From contig CM119268.1 in NCBI GenBank assembly GCA_051294375.1, positions 8,849,215 through 8,913,214 on the forward strand: a stretch of DNA of 64,000 nt, read 5' to 3'. Source of the DNA: Paraspadella gotoi (taxonomy: Eukaryota; Animalia; Chaetognatha). The notes beneath the pieces are model-generated. The model was not told the origin of the DNA, searched no databases, and was given only the letters and a program-made list of their open reading frames with translations. Positions 47,799-62,456 of the stretch are shown piece after piece; positions within the stretch are counted from its first letter, which is position 1; the number at the start of each line of letters is the position of its first letter. A program made the translations under genes and the position numbers.

Positions 47799-49443
47799 TT
47801 TTTTTTATGATGGGTTTTCAGCATTCATCTTTTCCCCATCTGAAAGCAAATTCGTTTTACAGTTACGACACCATTTATCGTTGTTATATTTTTTTAAACG
47901 ATGACATTATTCTTTTTTTTCGTTTCGATAAAATTCATATTTTTCATTCGATGGTCCAATAAAATCCCGAGTTACCTTTTTGTACGAATTAGAGGAAAGA
48001 GAACAAAATCCTTACGGACGCATTTCCGTGTTCCTGTAAAGCGGGAAGAAAAAAAAATGATTGCGATTTTCTAAAAAAAAATTTGCAAAATTAGTATAAA
48101 AAACTAAATGAGAAAAGAGTCGAAACGTTAAGCAATATCGCAATATGGCCAACGGCCTAATTTCCTTCGCGTTAAGACGACGGTCTTGATTTGTTTATGT
48201 CGTTTCGAAGAAGTATTAAAAAAAGGTTGACGAACGGACGGACGGACGGGCGGACGGGCGGACGGTCTAACGAAAGGGCCGACGCTGACGAGTTTGGACT
48301 TATACGACTCGCTTGAGAAGACGAGGGGCGCGGACGGCGGTCGGACAAAATCTTTATTTCGCCTAATCAAAAGTCAAAAAAATATCTCTTCGGGCCAAAC
48401 GGACGATCGGGCTGTAGCGACGAACGGTGTCCGCTCGCGAGCAGCCCGAAAGCAGCGCCCCCTGGCTTAATACCCGTCTCCACCTACCCCCCCCCCCCGC
48501 CCTCGGAGGCCTCCATACTCCCGGATCAATCAGCCCCCTCTTTCGCGAGACAGGGGAGAATAAATTTCCGATCACCCGGTGGCGGACTCAATTCATTTTT
48601 TCGTTTTCTAGATCTATATTTTTTTTTAATACCTTCATTCTCTCGTGTTTCGTTTCTGTTTTTTGTTTTTTTTTGTTTTGTTTTTGTTTTTTGGTTTTGT
48701 TGGTTTTTGTTGTTTTTTTTTTAACGCCCTGTTTCCCCCGTCGCGTCGATCGAAAATTATTCGATTTTTTAAATTATTTATTGTTTTTCTTTGGATTTGA
48801 ATAAATAGTTACTTTAAAGAAAAAAAAAAAAAACATTTTCGACTTTTTTTTTCTGGGATCGAAAAGTCAGACGCCTTCGACCCAATTCGAGTTTCGATCC
48901 GTTTTTCTCTCGCGCTTTTTTGTTTAACTCTCGCACTTTGTCGTCGCTAAGCGACGCGATCGCATCTTTTCGTTCATAACTCGTTCATTACCTTCACCTT
49001 GACCCTCGTTCATCGAGACCTTCATCTTTTTACTTCCGCCTGTTGTAGTAATGTCTTGGCACTCCCTTCTCGGCATTCCCAGGCTCCACTCCCCAACACT
49101 TCACAGTCCATCTTCTCCACTCCTCGAAAACTCACAGCTCATTCTCAGTCCCTCTTACCGACAAACCGTCTTCGGTTACCCGGGCCGACGAAATTCGAAA
49201 CTCGGGGATTTTTTTTTTTTTCGTTGATCGGAAATCATCAAACTCACGTTTTCAATTTTTTTCACTTTTGACCCCGAATTCTTGACCCCGATCTCTCCAC
49301 TTTTCTGATCCATTTGTGATCAAATTTCTAGAACATGATACGTCTTGATTCAACTTCTATCTTATATTTGATCTTTCCGAATATTTAGCATCCTTTTAGC
49401 GTTACATTTTGCGGTTATAGAGAATCTTGCCAATCACATTAGA

Positions 49444-49748
49444 CCGCATTGTCAAAAAAATCAACATAAAGAACCAAGAAAGCAATGCCCTATCCTTTCT
49501 TATCCTGCCATCAACATGTGTCTGATCCATTCTCAACCCGTATTCAAAGAGGAAACGCCCTTATTCCTACCGCGGTCGCACGAGCCGTTTGCCAAAATGT
49601 TCCACTCCGGGGGGGGGGGGAAGGGGAGGAACTGCCCGATTCCATCCGGGCTTCCCGCTTTCTCTGCCCGACGACGCCCCGAGGTTTGTTTTGAGAGGCG
49701 GAGGGCGAACCCCTTCCGACTCTCGACGCGCCGAGTATTCGCTCAAGC

Positions 49749-49817
<69 letters not shown>

Positions 49818-52003
49818 CTCATGAAGAGATGATGCAACCGGGCTGATAAAAACTACGCAGATTTTTTGGTATTTCCAGCTGGAGAAAGATTGCTTCAAAT
49901 TATGAAAAAAACACAATACATCGGATCAAAATTTAATAAAGTTACAGAAAATTTTAAAAAGGAAAAGGAAGAGAGGACTACGTATAGAACATTGAAAAAA
50001 GGTGTTGAAACATCGTGAGTCAATTTCAACTCAATTATGAATACCAGAAAATATTGAGGTTTCGATGATGACGATGATGACGATGATGATGATGATGATG
50101 ATGATCGTTCTCAGTGCAAATTCTTGAACAGGTTGCCTTTGAGAAGAAAAAGCTCTTGACTGCCTGAGGAAATGTTACGGCATTAAGATAAGAGAAAGAC
50201 TGAGTGCGACTTAACGCTGTGTAGATGCTAAATTAATCTATTTGCGTCTATGTACCTCTTCTCTTAGTTACTGTAAGTAATACTAAGTATACATATTTAG
50301 CCTTAGAACATTTATTTCTATACGAGCTCGAATTAACGTTTTCCTCTGTTTGCCTACCAAACAGTTTTAACTTTTAGTTTTGACATCTGCAAAGAGTTTT
50401 GAGAATTGAGTCGCTTTTTTTAAAATCTAAGTTTCAAGATTCGATTTATTTCACGAATGAAAAAATATTTATATCGTCCAATCAAAACATCGGGAGATTG
50501 CCCGCGTGGGTTCAATTGTGGGAACCGACATGCCCGACAAAGATGGCCGAAGAGGTTACGGTCGACCTTTCCGTGAGAAGGACCAGTAGGTCTCGGGTTC
50601 GAATCTAAGTCTTTTCCTTTTTTAATCGATGAAGGGAAATCAAAGTTTTATAGAGATTAGGTGTGACTGAAAATTCATTTGGAGCCTACAATCGAACATA
50701 GTAATATTTTTGAATACTTAATATAACATCATTGCAGACGTGCAATATATTATGCCAGCGATCTCGAACGCGGTTCATACCGGAATCCGCGCGATTTAAA
50801 TTATTTTTGTTTTCGACAAATCGATTTTTACGGAATCCAAAATTCGCGTGCGCCATTCGAGTGGATTCATTTTCAGAGCCAGCGGCGCAGATTTATATTA
50901 ATTTTTTTTTTCGTCCTTAAGTGTTACTCAATCTTCCCCTGGTCATCCCAAACAAAAAAAAAAAGGAAATGTCGCTTATCGTTGTCATAACCACCTCGTT
51001 TAATATCTTCTGGGCCTTTAATTGCGTTTTGGGTAAGGAGCCGTTTTTAGGCCAGACCTCTCTTCGTTCCTATCAAGCAATGCTGGGTTATGAAAGAACA
51101 ATTTTTTTCACTATTCAGGACCGTCTGACGCAGCTATTCTGACTCCTCACAAAGAAAAGAATTATCAAAAAAGTTAACGAAGGAAAGTTTCACGACACCC
51201 TCCCCGGGTAAGTCAGGCTGATTTGCATTCTTTGCCAAGTTGCTCCGTTCAATTTACAGTATTTTCGTTGCAGTAAAATTTTGGATTGCACTTCGACAAA
51301 TTGCGAAACGGTGTCGACCAGTGGAAACATTTATCGTCCCTGGAAAAAATGGCACACCATCGTAAAATTCGAGAGCCACGTGGACATGCGGTTAGAGAGA
51401 GAGAGTTCTAGTGACGTAATATCACTACTCGACCTTCCCCTATTAGGCTATTAGGCTAAAGTTAGATCTCCGAAACTTCCCAGTTAAGCTATGAGGCTAA
51501 AGTTTCCTCTCCGAATCTCACCAGTCGAGTTCTAACCCCGATCCTGACGGAAAAATCTCCCGGTACCACTGGTCATNNNNNNNNNNTTGCTCTTTACTCA
51601 GAATTAACAATTCATTTCGTCCTCATGCCCAATTTTCCCAATTCCTCTTTCTTGACCCAAGGTCTTCCCCATCTTTAACGCCACCCGCATTGTCAAAAAA
51701 AATCCAACAAATAAAGAACCAAGAAGTAATGCCTATCCTTTCATTATCCTGGCCCATCAACTCGTGTCTGATCCATTCTCAACCCGTATTCCAATAGACG
51801 GAAACGCCTTTCCTACCGCGGTCGAACGACGCGTCTGCACCAAATTGTTCCACTCCGGGGGGGGGGGGAGGGGGAGAACTCGCCCGATTGCTCCATCTCG
51901 GGGGCTTTTCCGCTTTTGTCTCTGCCCTGCACACGCCCGAGGTGTTTTGAGAGGCGGGAGGGCGAACCCCTTCCGACTCTCGACGCGCGTATATCGCTCA
52001 AGC

Positions 52004-52050
<47 letters not shown>

Positions 52051-54037
52051 ATGAGGAGAGAGATTCTCATGAAGAGATGATGCAAGGCTGATAAAACTAG
52101 CAGAATTTTTTGGTATCTCAGCTGGAGAAAGATTGCTTCAAATTATGAAAAACACAATCATCGGGATAAAATTTAATAAAGTTACAGAAAATTTTAAAAA
52201 GGAAAAGGAGAGAGGACTACGTATAGAACATTGGAAAAGGTGTTGAACATCGTGAGTCAATTTCAACTCAATTATGATTACCAGAATTATTGAGGTTTCG
52301 ATGAGACGAATGATGATGCATGATGATGATGACATGATGACTCGTTCTCCAGTGCAAATTCTGAACGGTTGCCTTTGAGAAGAAAAAGCTCTTGACTGCC
52401 TGAGGAAATGTTACGGCATTAAGATAAGAGAAAGACTGAGTGCGACTTAACGCATGTGTGATGCTAAATTAATCTATTTGCGTCTATGTACCTCTTGCTT
52501 TCTCAGTTACTGTAAAGTAATACTAAGTAATACATATTTAGCCTTAGAACATTTATTTCTATACGAGCTTCGAATTAACGTTTTTCTCTGTTGTCCTACC
52601 AAACCAGGTTTTAACTTTTAGTTTTGACAATCTGCAAAGAGTTTTGAGAATTGAGTCGCTTTTTTTAAAATCTAGTTTCAAGAATTCGATTTATTCTCAC
52701 GAATGAAAATATTTTTTATCGTCCAATCAAAACATCGGGAGATTGCCCGCGTGGGTTTCAATGTGGGAACCGACATGCGCCGACAAGTATGGCCGAAGAG
52801 GTTGTACAGGCCTTTCCGTGAGAAGGACCAGTAGGTCTCGGTTCGAGCGATTAAGTCTTTTCCTTTTTTAATGATGAGGAATCAAAGTTTTATAGAGATT
52901 AGGTGTGACTGAAAATTCATCTGGAGCCCTACAGGATGATACATGATGTAAATTATTTTTTGAATACTCTAATATAACAATCATTGCAGACGTGCAATAT
53001 ATTATGCAGCGCGATCTCGAACGCGGTTGCATTACGGGAATCCGCGCGATTTAAATTATTTTTGTTTTCGACAAATCGATTTTTACGGAATCCATAAATT
53101 CGGTGCGCCATTCGAGTGGATTCATTTTCAGAGTCAGCGGCGCAGATTTATATGAAATTTTTTTTTTTCGTCCTTAAGTGTTAACTAGCATCTTCCCTGG
53201 TCATCCAACAAAAAAAAGGAAATGTTCGCTTATCGTTGTCAATAACCACCTGTTTAATATCTCTATGGCACTTTAATTGCGTTTTTGGGTAAGGAGCCCG
53301 TTTTTAGGCCAGACCTCTCTTTCGTTCCCTATCAAGCAATGCGGGTTATGAATAGGAAATTTGTTTTTCACTATTCAGGACCGTCTGACGCAGCTATTCG
53401 ACTCCTCAACAAAGAAAAGAATTATCAAAAAGTTAACGAAGGAAAGTTTCACGAACCCTCCCCGGGTAAGTAGGCTGATTTGCATTCTTTGCCAAAGTTG
53501 CTCCGTTCAATTTACAGTAATTTTCGTTGCAGTAAGAAATTTTGGATTGCCACGTTCGACAAAATTGCGGAAACGGTGTCGACCAGTGGAAACATTTATC
53601 GTCCCTGGGAAAAAAATGGCACACCATCGTAAAATTCGAGAGCCACGTGGGACATGCGGTTAGAGAGAGAGAGTTCTAGTGACGTAATATCCACTACTTC
53701 GACCTTCCCCTATTAGGCTATTAGGCTAAAGTTAGATCTCCGAAACCTTCCAGTTAAGCTATGAGGCTAAAAAGTTTCCTCTCCGAATCTCCACCAAGTC
53801 GAAGTTATAACCCGATCCTGACGGAAAAATCTCCCGGTACCTACTGGTCATTGCGGCGATTGGTGGGTGGCCGCTGGCCATCCACAAAATTCGGCGTGAA
53901 GCGACCGTAAGAAGGGCAAGTTTTTGCTCATTTACTGCAGAATTTAAGGACAATTCATGTTCGTTGGCCTCACTGCCCAAATTTTCCCCAATGCTCCCCT
54001 TTTGAGGGCCGAGTCTTCCCCATTGCTTTAACGCCAA
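49444..54037. repeat. ~2.3-kb tandem duplication (copy A 49444-51684, copy B 51685-~54037)
   Basis: Both copies start CCGCATTGTCAAAAAAATC and end ...TTTAACGCCA. They are collinear throughout and differ mainly by small indels. A 10-N gap lies inside copy A. Confidence 0.9.
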
Positions 54038-54902
54038 CGCCGAGGTCATTCTTACGCCCAGGGAGGCGTCATGCAGGAGCGACCAGCCAGCCTGCGCCGA
54101 CGTGTCACACCAGCTGCGGCTGGCCACTTTCGTCGAACGACGTCCTGCGCGCAACTTGGTTCGGCGCAGGTAAATCAGAATCGTCGGTCGGAAAANNNNN
54201 NNNNNNNNNNNNNNNNNNNNAAATCAACGGAGATTCGAAAAACGTCACTTTTGAGCGAAAAGAGGAAAAGCACTTGAAATGGATGACGGGCGAGGCAAGA
54301 GCGGGAAAATTTAAAAGGGCGGGGCGTACAATCGGTCCTTGGTGGGTCGGGGGGCAAAATGGAGGGGGTAATGGGGTGGCAGCTGTCGAGGTGTCCTCCT
54401 GTCAGGAAAAGCGAATCTTCCCGTTTCATTTCAATTTTAAAGTCAACTTTCTTCTTTCTTATTTTATTCAATGATTGAAGTAAAATCGCAATATTTAAAT
54501 TGTAAATTTACAATAGATTTATAAATCTGTAAATTATTGCACCAGCTTTTAGAGAAACGGTTTTAACTTGGGTAAGATTTAATAAGGACTTACTTTAATT
54601 ATCAGGCTCTAATATCGTCTTCTTGGACCGACCTCACCCAATCAAATTTGCACGAGGACAGCGGAGTCCAAGGTAAACGTGAGATCTAGACTTTGCCATG
54701 TGTGGAATTGTGCGTCATTCAAACACACAAAAACATTTGTAAGATAATATATATCTAAATATATTTGTATGTATTCTAAATTTTAATCATCGATATATCA
54801 GGACCGACTGAGTCAAATTCCCGCCGTCGATTTATCTTGATGTCGCAACTGGATGGTTGCAATGCTTTCTCAGGTTGGCTCCTCGTGTCAGACGCTTCTT
54901 CA
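50542..54902 (+). CDS. Fragments of an unidentified spliced gene (partly duplicated, frameshifted)
   Basis: aaagATGGCCGAAGAG (MAEEVTVDLSVRRT, then gtaggt) at 50542. AG/GT-bounded exon-like blocks at ~51119-51207 (=53379-53465), ~53532-53658, 54062-54169 and ~54802-54903. The frame cannot be fixed because of indels. Confidence 0.3.
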
Positions 54903-57900
54903 AGTAAGTTTAAAATCGTTTTCGACGACTTATAAACCCTTTTTGCGCTGAAGAAGGTTCGTATTTGGCGGAACGAAACATCGTCCGATTTTCATAATAA
55001 AACAATTCGTTTTGCCACTAACATTCAAATCTTTCCTCTAAAGATTTAAATTCAAGTAAATAAAAAATTGAATCTCGAATTTAGACGACATAAATCGAAA
55101 TGTCTCTTAGGTTCGTCGACGCTTGTGATTGGGAAAAATCGTCGCCTCCATTGATAAATACAGTTCGGCCACCTAAAGAATGCATTTTCACGCTCGACGG
55201 ATGAGGCGGACTAACTGCGCGATTTACGGAAGATACAAGGATAATATAGTCAATCCTGACCGCTGTGATTGCCTCGAATTAATCGGGCAAGAACACAAAG
55301 AAATATTTGGTGAAAGTATTACAGAAATTTGTATATAAACATTTAAGAATTTTGTTTGACACTCTCCTAAAAGTTATACTCTTTATCCTTTGAAAAAAGG
55401 ACTGAGACGAGGAAGTTTAATTTTTCTGTAAATACTTTTCAATATTCTTCCAATTTTTTAGTACATGAAAATGGACATTTATTTTTAATAGTTGAAACTA
55501 AAAAAAGTTCCCACAGCAAATATAGACAATAGAAATCAACCCGCCCGGCCCCCCCCACACCGGAATTGACGGCTACTTGCGCAGTTCTTTCCTTCTCAGA
55601 CTCCGACTCTTTTAAATCGTAATTCGAGTCAAGAGATTCATTCGCAATTTCATTTGCGATTCATTTCGTTTCATTTCTTACTTTCCCTCCCCCCGACTCC
55701 CCGCCGGCGGTGCGAGATTTATATTCCAATTTTGATTCATTTCAAAATTTCCCGATCAACATTCATTCGCGAGGCGAAAGGATGATTCTAGTATATATAT
55801 TCGAGTTCTCTCTTCCCTATTGAGTATATTTTGGGGAATTGGAATTTATCACAAAATAAACATAATCCACAGTGAATATCCTTTGCAAGCGACTGAAAGC
55901 ACACGAATCGTTAAGTATCTCCTAATCGCGCTTAATTTTTATCCTGACTATCTAATATTTTAGGCTTCATTTATAGTGTATATGGAGACCATTTTCACCC
56001 GCTCCCCGTTGTAATTATTTGAATTTCGCTAATTTATTTCAGGCTTATTAATATTCTAACCTGCTGCATTTAAAGGGTGATAAAAAGATCTTAGTTAATT
56101 GAGCTAATAAAAAAACCACGGAAATTCTCAATACGAAATCGCAGATAAGATATAAAGATGGAGAGGGTACCCCAAGGGGGGGGGAAAAGAGGGGAAGAAG
56201 GTAGGGATTTTAAAAAGAAAAGCGATGGTAAGGAACAGGGTAGAGGAGCGAATGGGTATAGTTAATTTTTTTTTGTACTCTTTAAAATAACAAACGTTAG
56301 GCTAACCGTAAAACTATCACCTCTCTCACAAATCATAATATTTCCATTAGCGTTTCCCGAGATAAAGGAAAATATGGATAATGCATTGGTTAAGGTGTTA
56401 GTGACAAAACTACGTTTTCCTCATATTTGATAAAAATAAAGAAACTAAATACCCTGCGTAGAGAGGACTTCGAGATTCAAGTTTGATTCTGTAATCTATC
56501 TCTGTTCATTGGGTTTGTTACATGGTGTCGGGTTTAACGTGCGGGCAACCCGCGCGTGCGTGTAACGCTCAATAGTTCAATAGTCAAATTGGTGAAGGCA
56601 CGGCTAAGAGGGCGGTATAAGGTAAAAAAAATATCCACTTTAGTACTTGTTTTTTTAGTCTGTTTTTGTTAAAGGATATTGATAGGGTTTTTGGACGAGC
56701 CGAGCACAAGACTCTTTAACACGTCTGGTTATTAGTCAAAGATTTGTTAATGGTAGTGTATTATAAAGTATTATAATTAGGAAATAGGTATGTTATTAGG
56801 ACCTCTTAAACCGATGGGCACCCATAAGAGACATCAACATAAAGCGCATCAAGGCAACAACCTTTTTGCAAAAACTCGCATACCTTATGTTCACGAATTT
56901 TTGAGTCGTGATCCTGCTTATCAAGCAGATATCAATCCCGACTTTTGAGAATTCCGGAACTAGGAGTATAAGTATCTTTCCCCCACTCTTTGATTTATTA
57001 TCGGAAATCTCGCTTGACGGCATAGCATCAGCCCGAACTACCGGGAGGACAACCTAGGCAAATGCGCAAAAGATAATTATTGTCCGGCACTGTGAAAAAA
57101 TAATTATTTTGTAGCTTGACTGATATGGCAACTGAAAAACTAAAGGAAAAAAATGTTAGAAGACTTAGACCGACTCTCACCTCCATGGATCAAAAAGAGT
57201 AACAGACTTTGGGGTCACAAAGAATTTAAACATGTCACATTCGGGACAGTTTTAATTGTATGTCCGCATGTGATAGGTGAGATGTGTGGTGCGGATAGTT
57301 TACCATAGCGATTGGTATTATTAATTGAGTTGGTGCAAAAGTATCGTAGGTTCACGGAGAAAAAAACACGAATCTCCATTTAGAAATATGACGCTAGACT
57401 TGTGGTAAGAAAGTGCGAGACTTGTTAGGGATTGGACCGTGGCGCGGAAGAATTGCGGCTTTTAATCTCGTAAGATGAGTGGAAGAAGGAGAATGAAGGG
57501 TGCGAGATAGTGGGAGAGGTTCATGCACGTAGTAGCTACTTTACAGGTGATGCGTAGTGGTGCTGTGACGGGGGAAGGTATGTGAAGTGGAGCACTGGGT
57601 AATCTTTGTTTCAAATTTTTTAGTCTGTGAGGATAGGAAGGCGCGGACAGTTTACTTTTGCGCATCTGGTACACATGTTGACTTGGAATAATAGGTTACT
57701 TTGCGACTGAGGCTTCGGTAGTCACGCGGAGAGACTATAAAGTCCCTAAACATACAAAGAAATTCGAGCTGCAGAAAACGTAAAATTCATTGTTGCGAGG
57801 ATCTCTCCATTGTTGGGACCCGACATGGTCCTACTGTTGCCGCCTTCGTCGTTTTTGTTCAAAACTATTTTTGAAATGGGAGTACACCGCATACTCTTTT

Positions 57901-60900
57901 AAGACTTACTTCCCTTGTCTTTGATAGTACTTACGGTAATGTATGTTGGGCTATCAGGTTTAGTAAACAATTGAAAGAAATAATATCCTAACCCATTGTA
58001 GAATTAAAGATTACAATATGAACTAGAATTCAATAAAACCAACAACGGTAATTTTTTTTTTATACTGCAACATAAGAAGCAATTGCTGGGTCAAATTTGG
58101 ACGCAAAACGGTATTCGACGCTGGGCGTGGATCCTATGGTGCGTTAAGTGGACAGTGTCATTTGCCGTCCGTCTTCCTTAACTTTGTTTACTCATCTGGA
58201 GGCCTGTCAGCCGCTCTCGGACCGGGCAGTCATGCTTTGCAATAAGAGGGTCCAACTTGAATATGAATCATATAAAGTAGGTTTAATACGCCTATGATTT
58301 GAGCAACGTAGATGCCCCTCCCAAGTGGCCATCACAGGGCAACTCGGTGATCGCCAAGTCGTAAAGATATACCTTTCGCGAAAAAAAGATAGCGTGAATC
58401 AGGTTGATGGTGGTTGTCATCGCCAAAGTGCATATTAGTTGAGTAATAGAGAAAGGAAAAGAAAACCAGTTTGGAGCAAACAGAAGTGTTGGAGCCGGAA
58501 GCTAGGAAATGTTTATCTGGCCGGAGGCCGAAAAAAAGAATTCTTGGACCGGGAGCTAGAGCTGGATACCGGAGCACGAAATTTAAAATGCAGTTCCTCG
58601 CAGCTCCATAAAAATAAAAATAAGATTGTTATATTATAAATTTAAAAGAAATATTAAAAAAAAGTTAAGATATAAATAATGAGTTTTTAATTGATATAGA
58701 TTCATAAAGTGAATTAAGTAAATAATACAACGCAGGAGGGAATGGGATTGTCGAGTAGACTGTCATGCTTGGCTTCTCCGGCCTTTTCTTTCTGATTGAC
58801 CAATTGTAAGAAGCCCCCTGCCGGTCCGTCGGGAAGGCCTCAAAGAATCCACTTAGCGGTCCACAAACGTTTTATTATTTTGGGAAGAGTCCCGTTCAAG
58901 AGCAGAACTCCGCGAATGACCGTTGGAAAGAGAGAAAGAGACGAACGTCCGAGTTGCTTAATATAATAAAAAGAGCAATCTGAGTTGTAGATTGGTAAAG
59001 TCCCGGACTTTAAGAGCCAATATACTGTAGAAGTTACCATACTAGGTTTGTGTTTTCCTTTCATGTGGTAAGAGTTATATGCGTTGAAAGGAATATACGC
59101 ACAGCGTCGGACTAAGTGATTAGACAAAAAGCCTTGGCTCAGATGCAGGGTAAGGGAAAGGTACTGGCCAGGAATAAATGGGATTATAATTTATCCTTCC
59201 ACCTCACCCCCTGGGGAAAAAAAAAAAAATATAAAAGAAACCCCAATAAAAACGGCCTAACCGCTGATTAATTTTGTCTTACCTACGATCTTATTGTTAT
59301 TTCCAGCAAGAGCACTTTTTTTGGCTCTTACCTTTTTTGCTGGAACCGATTGAAGACCCTAAGTAATTTTCAAAGGATTCAGGGACTCCATCCATGCATC
59401 ACGAGTTAAATTGACGTTGTTTTGCTAACCTGGGGACGGACTGGGCGGAATGAACCAGACAGACGGACGGGACGGGACTTTTCGGTTTTTTTTGCCCTTA
59501 TTTAATTATAATTCGAGGTTCTGGATATTGATAATGAATTATTTACCCGTACAAGATTTCCTGGGGGTGGGGATCCCGCGGGAGTCTTGACTCGACTGAT
59601 AAGCAGTCCGACTAAAACAGAAGCCCTTGCATACGAAAATTGTGAAATTTTGCTTAAGTGAAAGCTGAAAGCAAGCGGTTCCTAAAGAATCTCTGTTAGT
59701 CACGGAATGCATTCGTGACTCTATAAAGGATAACACTAGGTATTTGATCTGTCGGTCGTCTCTCAATAAAAGGTAGAGAAAGTAAAGTGATTTTTTATAA
59801 GAAAAAGTAGTTTTATCATGGAAACCAGTGGGCTGCGGCCATACAGAATGTAATCGGCTTTCAAGGGATTAAGCTGAACTTGTTTACTGATGTGGCCTAA
59901 TAGTTTTTTTTCAAATTCAGATCATTGTAGGCATTAAAAACCCCGTTAAGTAAGGAGGCATTAAAAGGAAGTTAGTAATGGGAATCCTTAAAAAAATAGA
60001 TATATGCTTGAATAGCTTAGGTCAATTGTCGCGTTTTGTCGCGGTGCGAAGTAGTTCGAAGGATCAGTTCCTCCAGACAGATTCTATTTGATAGTTTATA
60101 TAATTGAAAGATTTTCCGNNNNNNNNNNNNNNNNNNNNNNNNNTTTTTGTTCGTGGAAGGGGGTAAGATAGCATTCATTGTAAGAGGCTAAGAGCTATTT
60201 CCATTTATGGTGTGGTTATGGGCAAACAATGGTTTTCAAAGATGTTATGTTGTTAGAAATAGATATATTAACCGAATGCAAAAACAAATGCCCAAAAAAA
60301 AACCAAAAACCCATTTATTTCACGATTTTTTTAAATAAAAAAGATAAGATAAGCGAGCGACCATTTGTTTTCCACGGGCAGACAAACCGCCCCGAGTCAG
60401 CGCGACATCTGAAGGGAATTTTAGATTTTGTTTTGTTCAAACTTGAAAAGTGGTATGTTTTCTTGTATTTTAAATGTACAAACAGTATAGAAACTATTCA
60501 CTTAATAAACAAGCTATCGCCAGACTTCGCACAGGCTATGATTAAATACTCACCCACTTTCCCTTGACGGGCGTTTCTTTTTCATTTCTCAGAAATGAGG
60601 TAAGCGACGACAGCAACGTGAGCCGAATCGTTCGACATTATCGACGGTTGTATAACTGTTTAGTGTTGACCGATAAGTTAGTTTAAAAAACGAAACGATT
60701 TGTTACCATTATATCGTGGAAGAGTGTGGACTTTATTTAGCGTTGTATATTTATAAAATTATATTAAATATTACATTTAGGGTTTTTGAAAAAAAATTCT
60801 AATTCACTGTCCATTTAAAAAAAAATAGTTAAATTTTCATTTTTAAATAATCGGCTAAGAAATTATGAAAGCTTTAATTTATAGATCGAATAAGATTTTT

Positions 60901-60970
60901 TTTTCAGTTGACCTATTTTAAACTGAAATAAATTAATACAAACTTTTATTTTCGTTTCATTTTTTAACTC

Positions 60971-61074
<104 letters not shown>

Positions 61075-61169
61075 TTTCGACCCCTATCCGGTAATCAGCG
61101 TCGAAACTTTAATGTCGCTCGGATTTATTCGGGGTTTTCGCGGTTTTTTTTTCCTTTTTTTTTTAATCT

Positions 61170-61997
61170 CACGTTTTATTTCTCGAGGTTTTGATTTGTC
61201 TCTCGACGTCTTCGGTTTGACGGCGGATGACGGTGGCGCTGTTGTCGTTGTCGTTGTTGCCGTAGGTGTCGGATGAAATATTGTAGAAATCTATCACTTT
61301 AGTTTTATTTTACATTGAATTTAGTTATTTACATACAAATTCGTCTTTCCAATAACAAAATAAATGTAGTCCTTCCCCAAAGTTTGGTTGAAGGATGCGA
61401 AGCGAAAGGTTTACTTTTCGTCTAAACATTAAAAAAAAAAAGAGACCAAAAAATTGATTTTTAACTAGATCGAGACGATAATATTTGCGGGAACGAAAGA
61501 GAAATCTGATGATATCTTTCCTTTCTAAAAACGCATTTATTTTTCCCCTCGGATCATCGCGCGCCCGCGAGATAATATTTTCGCTTTTAATTTTTCCTTT
61601 TTTAAAGTTTTCTCCGTCGGGGTTCTCGGTTCTAAGCAACGGCCCGCGACGAATTTTAAAAATCCATAAAAGTTCTCGTCGAAACAATCGAACAACGAAT
61701 TAAATACGAAAAATATGATGCGCGCATATAATCTTCGAATCACACGAATAAAAAAAATCCCCTCCTTTTTTTTTCCCCCCGCGCCGAGTGATCATCAAGA
61801 GCAGTGGAAGAGTAGAAAAGAGTAGAAAATTTACATAGAAAAGTCAGAATCAATTTACGTTGTGGACTCACAGTTAACGTCCGCCAGATGAAGAGAAGCG
61901 ATTATCACAAATCACACCCCCGCCACCCACCGTTCACCGATCGCTGCTTCGCCTCTACCCCCGCCCTCCCTTTTTCTTCTCTATCTCCTCTCTCTCT

Positions 61998-62056
<59 letters not shown>

Positions 62057-62456
62057 CTCTCTCTCTCTCCTGCGTCCGCCCCTTTGATGAGTCGAAGAAC
62101 GATCACCCTCCCTCGTTCGCGTGACGCTGACGCTGACGGCGCTGACGCTGACGCTGACGCTGACGCAGACACTGACTGCTTGTTCCGAATTTTCGATATT
62201 GATGACGCGGCGATCTTTGTCTTGGTTGTCGTCGTTGTCCTCGTCTTAAATGTTCCTTGACTCCGATTCGATTTTTAAATTTAGATAAAATCCTTTTAGC
62301 ATTCGTTATATTTATTATCATTCGTTGCTTCTTGTTTCTTTCTGATTCGTAATAACTTTAACTTCTTGAATAACTCATTTGCTTGTCCTGTGATTGCCGC
62401 GATGATAACCTCTTGCAATCTTTCGATCCAATCTTCACATCCATTCACGTCCGACC
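61170..62456 (-). CDS. Possible exons of an unidentified minus-strand gene
   Basis: Open GC-rich blocks behind AG acceptors at ~62456 (SDVNGCEDWIERLQEVIIAAITGQANELFKKLK), ~62244-62107 ((GCGTCA)n, ends at gtgatc) and ~61290-61170. Joining and frame are ambiguous. Confidence 0.3.
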
